From: an uncultured Bacilli bacterium
Lineage (GTDB): Bacteria > Bacillota_I > Bacilli_A > RFN20 > CAG-631
Reading direction: 5' to 3'
Assembly (NCBI GenBank): GCA_934215405.1
Contig: CAKPZU010000001.1
Location: forward strand, 1-58,383
Length of the DNA stretch: 58,383 nt
The notes under the pieces: generated by a model
Database searches by the model: none
What the model saw: the letters and a program-made list of their open reading frames with translations, nothing else
What the model was told of the DNA's origin: nothing
Translations under genes and position numbers: made by a program
In this document: piece after piece, positions 43,205-51,116 of the stretch
How positions within the stretch are numbered: position 1 is the first letter of the stretch
Layout: every line of letters begins with the position of its first letter

Positions 43205-45102
43205 CGAATGTAAGAAAAGCTAAATACATATGGCTTAAAAATAGTGTATTTGATGTTAATGAATATGCTGACTTTAAAGAGTCATTTAATGTATTAAACA
43301 AAAACAATGTAAAAATAAAAATATCTTGTGTTTCTGAGTATGTGTTATATGTTAATAAAAAATTTGTTGGTTTTAACCAATATTCTAATTATAAAGATAA
43401 AAAGTTTTATGATGAATATGACTTAAATGGTTTTGTTAATTTAGGTGTAAATGAATTATATATAATTGCTTTATCAAAGAATTATGATACTAGTTCTCAT
43501 ATTGCTGATAATAAGGGACTGTTATTTGAAGTATGTGAAAATAATAATGTAATTGCTTATTCAAGTAGATCAACAAAATCAAGGCTTGATAGTAATTATA
43601 CATCAGGGAAAATAAAAAAAATTACTAATCAAATAGGTATGGGCTATGCCTATGATTTTACTGGTAATGATAATTTATATGATAATAGCAGTATTATTGA
43701 GCATAAATGTAAATTGCTTCCGCGTCCTATAAAAAGATTAGACGTTTCAAAAAAAATAAGCTTTAGTGCTATTAGTAAAAGCTTATTTGATGGAGAAAAA
43801 GAATTAGTTGGCTATTTGTTCTTTAAAATAAATGCTAAACGAGAGTGTGATATTAAAATACGTTATGGAGAACACTTAGATAATAATAATGTTAGATACA
43901 TAATTCATGATCGTACCTTTGAGTTTAGCTTTCATTTAAAAGAAGGCATTAATGAATTTACTGGCTACTTTTTAAGGCTTGGGCTTAGATATTTATCAAT
44001 TGATAATGTAAGTAATATAGATGTCTTAGAAATTGGTATTTATCAAGCAATGTATCCTCATCAAGTAAAAGAAATAAATTTAAAGGATGAAGAATTAAAT
44101 AAAATTACAAAAAAATCAATTTATACGCTTGAATGCTGTATGCATGAGCATTATGAGGATTGCCCTTGGCGCGAGCAAGCACAATATACAATGGATAGTC
44201 GTACTCAAATACTTATCGCTTATAGTTTTTTCAACAATATTGAATTTATTAAAGCAAGTATTGAAATGATGGGCTATCGTTTAACAAATTTGAATGTTTT
44301 TACGATTACTAGCCCAAGTAGTTCAAACTTATCAATTCCTTCATATTCTTTAATTTATCCTTTGATGCTAAAGGAATATTATGAAAAAACAAGTGATATT
44401 TCATTATTAAAAAAGGTTTATAGTAAGACTAAAATAATGATTAATCACTATTTAAATGAATTAGATGGTTTCCTTTTATGCCATCAAAAAGAATGGAATT
44501 TCTATGAATGGACTTATGGACTTGCAAATGATGAAGAAATATTTAAGCAAAAAAGAATTAATAATCAATTTGATTTACCATTAAATGCTTTTATGATTAT
44601 TGGTCTAGAATCATTTGCATATGTGGCAAAAATACTTAATAACCCATATAAAAATTATTTAAAAGTCGCAAATAAAATAAAAGAAAGAGCTAGACTATTA
44701 TTTTTAAGAAAAGATGGCTTGTTTTATACGTATTATAAAAACAATAGAAGATATCATTTATGTGAATATTCAAATATTTTAGCTATTTATGCAAATATTG
44801 CAACTAATAAGGAAAAGGAAAAAATCTTAAAAGTATTAACGGATACAAATAATACATTAATTAAGCTTACATTAAGTAATTATATATTTAAGTATGAGGT
44901 TTTATTACAGGATGATAAATATATTGATTTTGTAATTAATGATATAAAACGTGTTTGGGGATATATGGATGAAAAAAACACTTCAACATATTGGGAGACA
45001 ATCCTTGGAGAAAAGGATTTTTGTGGCGCTGGAAGCTTATGCCATGGTTGGAGTGCAGTCCCTGCATACGTTACAAATATATTAAAAAAGAAAGGAAAAT
45101 AA
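43201..45102 (+). CDS. GH78-like alpha-L-rhamnosidase family protein (cytoplasmic)
   Basis: ATGA overlap with the upstream gene. EDCPWREQAQYTMDSR resembles the GH78 DCPxRE(R)xGWxGD block. The size fits an N-terminal beta-sandwich plus an (alpha/alpha)6 domain. Confidence 0.5.
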   Translation: MTNVRKAKYIWLKNSVFDVNEYADFKESFNVLNKNNVKIKISCVSEYVLYVNKKFVGFNQYSNYKDKKFYDEYDLNGFVNLGVNELYIIALSKNYDTSSHIADNKGLLFEVCENNNVIAYSSRSTKSRLDSNYTSGKIKKITNQIGMGYAYDFTGNDNLYDNSSIIEHKCKLLPRPIKRLDVSKKISFSAISKSLFDGEKELVGYLFFKINAKRECDIKIRYGEHLDNNNVRYIIHDRTFEFSFHLKEGINEFTGYFLRLGLRYLSIDNVSNIDVLEIGIYQAMYPHQVKEINLKDEELNKITKKSIYTLECCMHEHYEDCPWREQAQYTMDSRTQILIAYSFFNNIEFIKASIEMMGYRLTNLNVFTITSPSSSNLSIPSYSLIYPLMLKEYYEKTSDISLLKKVYSKTKIMINHYLNELDGFLLCHQKEWNFYEWTYGLANDEEIFKQKRINNQFDLPLNAFMIIGLESFAYVAKILNNPYKNYLKVANKIKERARLLFLRKDGLFYTYYKNNRRYHLCEYSNILAIYANIATNKEKEKILKVLTDTNNTLIKLTLSNYIFKYEVLLQDDKYIDFVINDIKRVWGYMDEKNTSTYWETILGEKDFCGAGSLCHGWSAVPAYVTNILKKKGK

Positions 45103-45106
45103 TAAC

Positions 45107-47347
45107 ATGAGTAGGAAAACAAAATTTTTAGCTTTATCGTTTGTTCTTATTACACCATTATCTATTAATGCCTTTAAAAAAGAAATGGTATGCTTGAATG
45201 CAGAAGCACCAGCATCTATTGTTGATGATTTAGATGATTTGTCAAAGACACAGGATACTTATAGTGTTATTGCACAATCAGGCGATGTAGGTTTTGGAAC
45301 TGACAATAGATATATATCTACATATCAAGCAACAACAGCTCCAACTGCTTCAACAATGTGGGAAAATTATGGCTACATTCAATATGCATTATCTGGTCAA
45401 AATGTATTAAAAGTAGTTACAGATGAATCGACAAAATGCCCATCACCTTTAGTATTTGCAAGTAGTGTACTTGAAGTTGATGAAGTAAGTGAAGAAACAT
45501 CATCAAATTGGACAAGAAGAACATATACTTATATTCTACCAACAGATGCAACATTTGTACGTATTTTAACATCATCTTATAATAAAGAAGATGAATCAAT
45601 GGCTGTTTGGTCACAGCAAATAACAAAAGTTAATATAAAAAGAGTTGCTAAAAGTGATCTTCCAAAGAAAGATGAACCAATTACAAGTAATAAATTTGTC
45701 GATGAATTAGATGATTTGTCAAAGACACAGGACGCTTATAGCGTTATTGCACAGCAAACTGATGTAGGATTTGGAACTGATACTAGATATACAGGGACAA
45801 TTTCTCCACTTGAACCAGCATCTAAAGACAACTGGTGGAGTGAAGGATATCCATATATTCAATATAAGGTGGAAAATCAAAATTTAGTAAAAGTAGTTGT
45901 TGATACTGATAAAACTGCAGTAAGCATTCTTCCTCATATTTTATTAGTTGCAAATTATGGGGGAAGTAATAATAAGGTAGTAGATGTTAATAATTATGAA
46001 GTAAAAGCTAGTGCAAATTGGTCAAGAATCACATATACATTTGTTTTAGAAGAAAATGCTTCATGGGTAAGAGTGGTATTTTCAGTATATGATTCTTATG
46101 ATAATAGACTTCAAAGATGGATGCAACAGGTTACTAGAGTTACTTTAGAACATGCTGATGAATTACCAGAAAAAGGCGATGTTCCAACAATTGAAGTTAT
46201 TAAAAAGCCTGATTTTTCTGATGTTAAAGTAATTGAAGATGATTGTAATGAACTTGAAGGAAATACTTTCTATAGTGATTTTTATCGTGTAAATGCTACA
46301 AATGGTAAGCTTATTAGCTTTGCTGAAGGAACAAGTGAATACACAGATAGTACATGGTGGGAAGGAACAAATTGATATGTTCAAATAAAATTAGATAGAC
46401 AAAATACTTTAACAGTTGATGCTTTAGTTGAAGAAAAAGCTAGTAAATATATTAATCCAATTGGCTTATTTGCTGGATCTGGAAATCAATTAAAAAAAGT
46501 AAACATAAATAACGTTATTAACAATGGCGTAGAAGATGGCTATGTTAAATTAACTTATGTTTATATATTAAATACTCAAGTAGATGTAAGATTAGTTTTC
46601 TCATCTTATAATTCTCCTGATGGATTAATAGTAACTTCTTCTCAACAAATTACACATATTAAAGCTGAATATATAAAAGATGAAAACCTTCCAACTCCAG
46701 ATGCTATTGATACATCGCATGACACAGCAAAAAAAACCATTGATGAATTTGTAAGTACATTAAATAAAGATGCTTATTCAAAAGGGAATTGGGATTATAT
46801 TTTATATTATGCTAATAAAGGAAAGCATGAATTAGCAACATCATCAAATGATGATGAAATTGTTAATAGTGTTAAAGAAAATATTAATAACGTAAAAACA
46901 CTTGTTCAAGAAGCAAATGCAGCCAAGGAAAAGGAATTAGAGGAATTTAGTGCATATTTTAATAATTTAGATCAATCAAGATATACAGCCACTAATTGGA
47001 GTAAGATTTCATCGCTTTATAATAGTGCTATTGCAGAGCTTGAAGATATTACTGACATTGAACAAGTAAAACAAATAATTGCTGATACAAAAGATGATAT
47101 TTCTAAAATTGAAGAAATAAAAGATGAACCAAGTGTAGAACCATCAATTGAACCAAGCAGTGAACCTTCAAGTGAAGTAAGTGAACAACCATCAAGTAGT
47201 AAGCCTTCATCATCTGAAACATCTACTTCTAGTGATAATAATGAAAAACCAAGCGATAATAAAAAAGGCTGTAAAGGTAGTGCTACTATAGGATTAGTTT
47301 CATTATTATTAGTTGCAGGAATTGCTTTAAAAAAGAAAAAAAGATAA
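45107..47347 (+). pseudogene. Large secreted surface protein (three CBM-like modules, helical stalk, PS-rich linker, KKGCKGS-TM tail) interrupted by one in-frame TGA
   Basis: I read 46376..47347 codon by codon. It is open in the same frame as 45107..46375, with no in-frame start codon noticed, which would explain its absence from the track. TGA at 46373..46375 lies inside module 3 (WWEGTN*YVQIKL; compare MWENYGYIQYAL and WWSEGYPYIQYKV). The C-terminus is DNKKGCKGSATIGLVSLLLVAGIALKKKKR. Confidence 0.8.
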
Positions 47348-47367
47348 TTTATTAAATAATTAGTATA

Positions 47368-47403
47368 AAGAATGTTCAAATCAAAATGGACATTCTTTTT
47401 TCT
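47368..47403 (+). terminator. Rho-independent terminator of locus C
   Basis: aaagaatg-(16 nt)-cattcttt followed by a T-run, 20 nt after the TAA at 47345. Confidence 0.65.
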
Positions 47404-47440
47404 TTAAAAGCAAAAAAAACACTAATTTTTAAATTTTGTA

Positions 47441-47469
47441 TTGAAAAAAATATCGCAATATGCTATTAT
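47441..47469 (+). promoter_or_regulatory. Sigma-70-type promoter for tRNA-Gly
   Basis: ttgaaa, 17 nt, then tgc-tattat (extended -10), ending 20 nt before the tRNA 5' end. Confidence 0.5.
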
Positions 47470-47488
47470 TATCTAGCAAAAGAAAAAT

Positions 47489-47562
47489 GCAAATGTAGTT
47501 CAGTGGTAGAACACAACCTTGCCAAGGTTGCTATGCGGGTTCGATTCCCGTCATTTGCTCCA
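47489..47562 (+). tRNA. tRNA-Gly (anticodon GCC), CCA encoded
   Basis: Acceptor gcaaatg/catttgc; D-arm gttc-agtggta-gaac; anticodon stem caacc/ggttg with loop ttGCCaa; T-loop ttcgatt; 3' tCCA. Confidence 0.95.
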
Positions 47563-47583
47563 TATTGAAAGAATGATTTTGAT

Positions 47584-47607
47584 ACCTTGCTATCAAGGTC
47601 TTTTTTT
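47584..47607 (+). terminator. Rho-independent terminator after the tRNA
   Basis: accttg-ctat-caaggt followed by c + T7. Confidence 0.65.
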
Positions 47608-47736
47608 ATGCTTTCGGGGATTTGAACTACGATAAAACTAATGGTTTTATCTGGTTTGAGTCCCTTTTTTGTCGTTTTAAGAGCTGTTTTTAAAGGAAAT
47701 AGAGAAATTTTAAAAGGGCGGTTACGACTTAAATTT

Positions 47737-47791
47737 CACGATTACACGATTAAGACTACGATTACACGATTACCCCTACAATTACACGATT
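47737..47791. repeat. Three direct repeats with exact 20-bp period, core [CT]AC[GA]ATTACACGATT
   Basis: cacgattacacgatt at 47737, tacgattacacgatt at 47757 and tacaattacacgatt at 47777. Confidence 0.8.
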
Positions 47792-47830
47792 TACTCATTT
47801 TTTTGAGAAAATTATATTTTCCGTTGTTAC

Positions 47831-49482
47831 TTGAAAAAGTAAATGCAACAATTAAAAGAAAAAAATAAGAAAAATTAGAAAGATGGTATCAAAAAATGGG
47901 ATTAGAAACTCCAGATTGATTAAAACCATCTTTTTAAATGAAATTATTAGGTGTATAATAACAATGCGGATATGAGAATATTCGTAATTAGAGTAAGCTA
48001 AAAAGAAGAAGCAAAATACTCTTTGGAAAAAGTAAATGCTACTTTAGTATTTTGATTAGTTTGGAAGTTTAGTCTAGTTTCTTCATATAAACACAAATAA
48101 TTAGTAGTTATTTATGTTTGATATTTTTGATTAAAGATTGAGTTAAATTTACATTATCGGGCTCAATCTTTTTTATTCCAATAATATCTAAAAATTCTTT
48201 ACCTAAAATAGCCTCAGCTAAGTCTATTGGTCTAATACCATTTAATGATGAACGATATACTGAGTTAATATGAGAAAATATTAAATTAACTTTATCTTGG
48301 TTTAAATGATCAAACGAATGATATTTAGGTTCAATATATCTAATAAACTCATAATTTTTTTCACAAGCTCCTTTTTGTGAAGAACAATAAGGATTGCAAT
48401 AGAAAACATTTGATAAGTGTTCACCTGTTAAATAATCGTTTTCTAATTGATATAAGTCGTTAAATTCAATTCCATTATCAGTTAATATTACTGGAAATAT
48501 TCTTTTCCAATTATATAATCCTAAATAGTCTCGTAATTCTAATAACTTATTATTAACTCTTTGAGAAGTTATATTATTAATTAAAACACCAAATTGAAAA
48601 TGTAATGAAGGAAAATGAATAGTTAATATTTTGTTTATATCTGTTTTCTTACCTTCAACTGTATCTATTTGGCATACTAATAGATTTGGATTATCTTTAA
48701 CGAATTTTCGATAATCTTTATAAGATCTACCATCAATAACAGACGCAGGTTTAGTTATCCTATGTATATATTCTTTAGATGGCTTAAATGAAACCTTTCT
48801 TGGTAAATCAATGTTTTTAGCATCTGTATATCCATTATTAATCCAATTTCTTAATGTTCTTTCTGATACATCAATTTCTGTATGTGTTGTTAAGATGTGA
48901 TTAAGAGATTGACCATTATTCGTTATAAGAGGAGAAATTATTTCGTTTATTTGTTCGAAATCTTCTTGAGATATTCTAATGCCTTTTCTTGAATCGTGTA
49001 ATTTCTTAGTAGAAAGTTCGTGTGCATAATTTGCATAATAATATAAATGTTTTCCTCTACATGAAGCCTTTTTATCACAGTTATTACAAACGCATGGGAA
49101 TCTTTTTAATTTATGACATTCATAAGGAATGTATCTTTTGCATAAATTAGAACAAGTTACACGACCATCGATTCTATAAGAACATTTATTAATAATTGCA
49201 CATTTAATACCACCATATCTATTTGATTGCTTAACAATAAAATTTCTTTGAATTTCACGATATATTGTTTGTTTAGAAACACCTATTTTTTTACAAATGA
49301 TGGAAACAGGTATCTCATCTTTGATTAATAATTCTATCTTAACTCTATCTTAAAATTTTAATTGTCCATTTTTCTTCATATTTTTTACCTCCTTAAGAAA
49401 CTAGACTAATAAAATGGTCTCATTTCTTTCGGAAAAAGTAAAATTTAATTTTTTGACTTTATTGTTGCATTTACTTTGTCAA
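47831..49482 (-). mobile_element. IS30-family insertion sequence (about 1.65 kb) with 22-bp terminal inverted repeats
   Basis: ttgaaaaagtaaatgcaacaat (47831..47852) versus the reverse complement of attgttgcatttactttgtcaa (49461..49482) is 21/22 identical. Extra IR-like copies occur at 48023..48040 and 49431..49444, so the left boundary could alternatively be 48023. Confidence 0.7.
48108..49379 (-). pseudogene. IS30-family DDE transposase with a TAA at codon 10
   Basis: Hand translation: MKKNGQLKF*DRVKIELLIKDEIPVSIICKKIGVSKQTIYREIQRN (HTH)...QIDTVEG...LTDNGIEF...CNPYCSSQKGACEKNYEFIRYIEPK (IS30 D, D, E signature). It spans 424 codons in one frame. No ATG/GTG/TTG was seen after the stop, which is why it is missing from the ORF track. 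Confidence 0.8.
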
Positions 49483-49524
49483 CTAATAATAACATTTTTT
49501 TTCTTTCGACCTAGGGCGAGTCAG

Positions 49525-49553
49525 TAGACAAATTCAGCACAAAATGGTATAAT
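49525..49553 (+). promoter_or_regulatory. Strong sigma-70-type promoter upstream of the XRE operon
   Basis: tagaca, 17 nt, then tgg-tataat (extended -10). It lies about 220 nt before ATG 49775. Confidence 0.55.
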
Positions 49554-49774
49554 TCTCATGGATGTAAACCCACAACTTACAAAATTCAAGGTCTAGCCTG
49601 GTGGCTTTTATGTCACCTAAAGCCTTACAATGAATGCAGAAGGAGTAAAAAAATTATAACTTATTGAGTGATTTTAAATAAACTCAACAAAAAATTGAGT
49701 GATTCAAAAAATCGTTAATTTTCATATCGATAATTCAATTGTAAAATGAAATTGTTTCAAGGAGGTGTTGATTC

Positions 49775-50656
49775 ATGGGCGTTGGTCCAAAAATAAAAGA
49801 ATATAGAAATAAAGCAGGTTTGACACAAAAAGATTTAGCCGATAAATTGCATGTTACATATCAAGCGGTATCTAGATGGGAAAACGATGATGTAGAACCA
49901 TCAATTGATACTTTGAAAGAAATGTGTGGAATTCTTAATTGTTCCATTGAAGAGTTATTTGATATGGAAAGAAAAGAGGAAGATAAACCTATTGAAGAAA
50001 AGGTTACAGTTGTAGAAAAAATAGTGGTTCAAGAACCTAAACCAATATTAGGTGTATGCGAGCAATGTAACCATCCAATCTATGAGGCATCGAATTTAAA
50101 TCGTGTAAATGAATCATTTGTAGTTAGAACAGGTAGAACAAGTCATACAGAAACAAGACAAAGAGTCTTATGCAATGATTGTAATGAAATAAGACTTCTA
50201 GAAGAAAAAAGGAAAGCAGAACAAATAGAAAGAGAAATCAATGCGACTTTTAAAAAGAGAAGGATTCATTCATTTATTTGGCCTTCTTTAATAGCGTTAC
50301 TATTTATTGCAGTAGGTATAAGTTCATTTGTAAATGGCGAAGTTTCTACAGGATTTGGTTATCTAGGAATTGGCTTGTTTGCTTATTGTTTTTTAGGAAC
50401 TATGATTCTAAATAATACATTCATAACTGATATGTGGTTGGAGATTACGTCTTGGGGATTTGTCAAACTTCCAGGTATCATTTTCGAATTCAGTTTTGAT
50501 GGTTTGGTATTCTTAATAGTGATGAAGATTTTATTCTTCCTATTAGGTTTATTATTAGCATTATTAGCGGCTGCATTTGCTACAGCTTTAGCAATGGCAT
50601 TGAGTATATTCGTATACCCATTTGCTTTAATTAAAAATATAAAATGTAAAGAGTAA
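49775..50656 (+). CDS. Membrane-tethered XRE-family HTH regulator with a central CxxC...CxxC zinc ribbon
   Basis: RBS aggagg. HTH GLTQKDLADKLHVTYQAVSRWEND. Zinc ribbon CEQCNHPI...CNDCN. The C-terminal third forms 3-4 hydrophobic helices. Confidence 0.8.
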   Translation: MGVGPKIKEYRNKAGLTQKDLADKLHVTYQAVSRWENDDVEPSIDTLKEMCGILNCSIEELFDMERKEEDKPIEEKVTVVEKIVVQEPKPILGVCEQCNHPIYEASNLNRVNESFVVRTGRTSHTETRQRVLCNDCNEIRLLEEKRKAEQIEREINATFKKRRIHSFIWPSLIALLFIAVGISSFVNGEVSTGFGYLGIGLFAYCFLGTMILNNTFITDMWLEITSWGFVKLPGIIFEFSFDGLVFLIVMKILFFLLGLLLALLAAAFATALAMALSIFVYPFALIKNIKCKE

Positions 50657-50671
50657 GAGGAGAGAAAATAT

Positions 50672-51100
50672 ATGATTGAAACAAAACAAGTACATTTATC
50701 AGGTTGGCAAAATGGCGATAAGTATATGAGAAAACTATACAATGAGTGCCAAAATTATATTCAAGATATGACTGCATTCGGATGGCAACCAACACAAGAA
50801 TCAACTGAAAGAAATGGACGTACAACAAGTCATTACCAAATAATGGCTCGTGAAACATCAATGGAGCACTATAATGAACTAAGAAAATTAGAAAGTGAAT
50901 ATGAATCTGCAAAAAGTCAAATCAAATCATATAATTCAATGGAATTCACGACGGTTTTATTATTACTTTTAATTTTTATTATTCCTGGTGTTATTTACAT
51001 TGCCTATAAAACAAATCAAAAGAATTCTATCAATGAAAATAACCAAAATTGCAGAAGTAGAATGCAAAAAGCTGTCACGGACGCTAGAAAGATTAAGTAG
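50672..51100 (+). CDS. Small single-pass membrane protein, unknown function
   Basis: RBS aggagag, 15 nt after the XRE gene. One TM segment (TTVLLLLLIFIIPGVIYIAY). Confidence 0.65.
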   Translation: MIETKQVHLSGWQNGDKYMRKLYNECQNYIQDMTAFGWQPTQESTERNGRTTSHYQIMARETSMEHYNELRKLESEYESAKSQIKSYNSMEFTTVLLLLLIFIIPGVIYIAYKTNQKNSINENNQNCRSRMQKAVTDARKIK

Positions 51101-51116
51101 TGGAGGTGGAATGTAG

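Noticed and set aside
38287-46375. Genetic code 4 (TGA = Trp, as in Mycoplasma/Spiroplasma) as the explanation for the in-frame TGAs at 38287 and 46373.
   Set aside because: Trp is encoded by TGG throughout more than 45 kb of coding sequence here. Only two genes carry an internal TGA, and in-frame TAG and TAA stops plus frameshifts occur in the same region. The 46373 TGA aligns with G/P, not W, in the sister modules. Caveat: the few TGA stops in the host-like part (8001, 43202) are all in ATGA overlaps and would add only 16 or 3 codons if read through, so this window alone cannot formally exclude rare TGA decoding. Presence of RF2 (prfB) and a tRNA-Trp(UCA) elsewhere in the genome would settle it.
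46373-46375. Code 25 (TGA = Gly), because the stop aligns with Gly in module 1 (ENYGYIQY).
   Set aside because: Genomes using code 25 have TGA-Gly codons in most genes. Here Gly is otherwise always GGN, and the gene content does not look like that of a candidate-phyla-radiation organism.
47017-47379. A 120-aa minus-strand ORF.
   Set aside because: It is antisense to the conserved C-terminal stalk, linker and anchor of the 45107..47347 surface protein.
47386-47568. A 60-aa ORF that covers the tRNA-Gly gene.
   Set aside because: The sequence folds into a canonical tRNA with its own promoter and terminator, so the ORF is incidental.
47641-47868. A 75-aa + strand ORF across the 20-bp repeat array and the IS30 left IR.
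   Set aside because: The repeat-driven sequence (HDYTIKTTITRLPLQLHD) has no RBS and spans an IS boundary.
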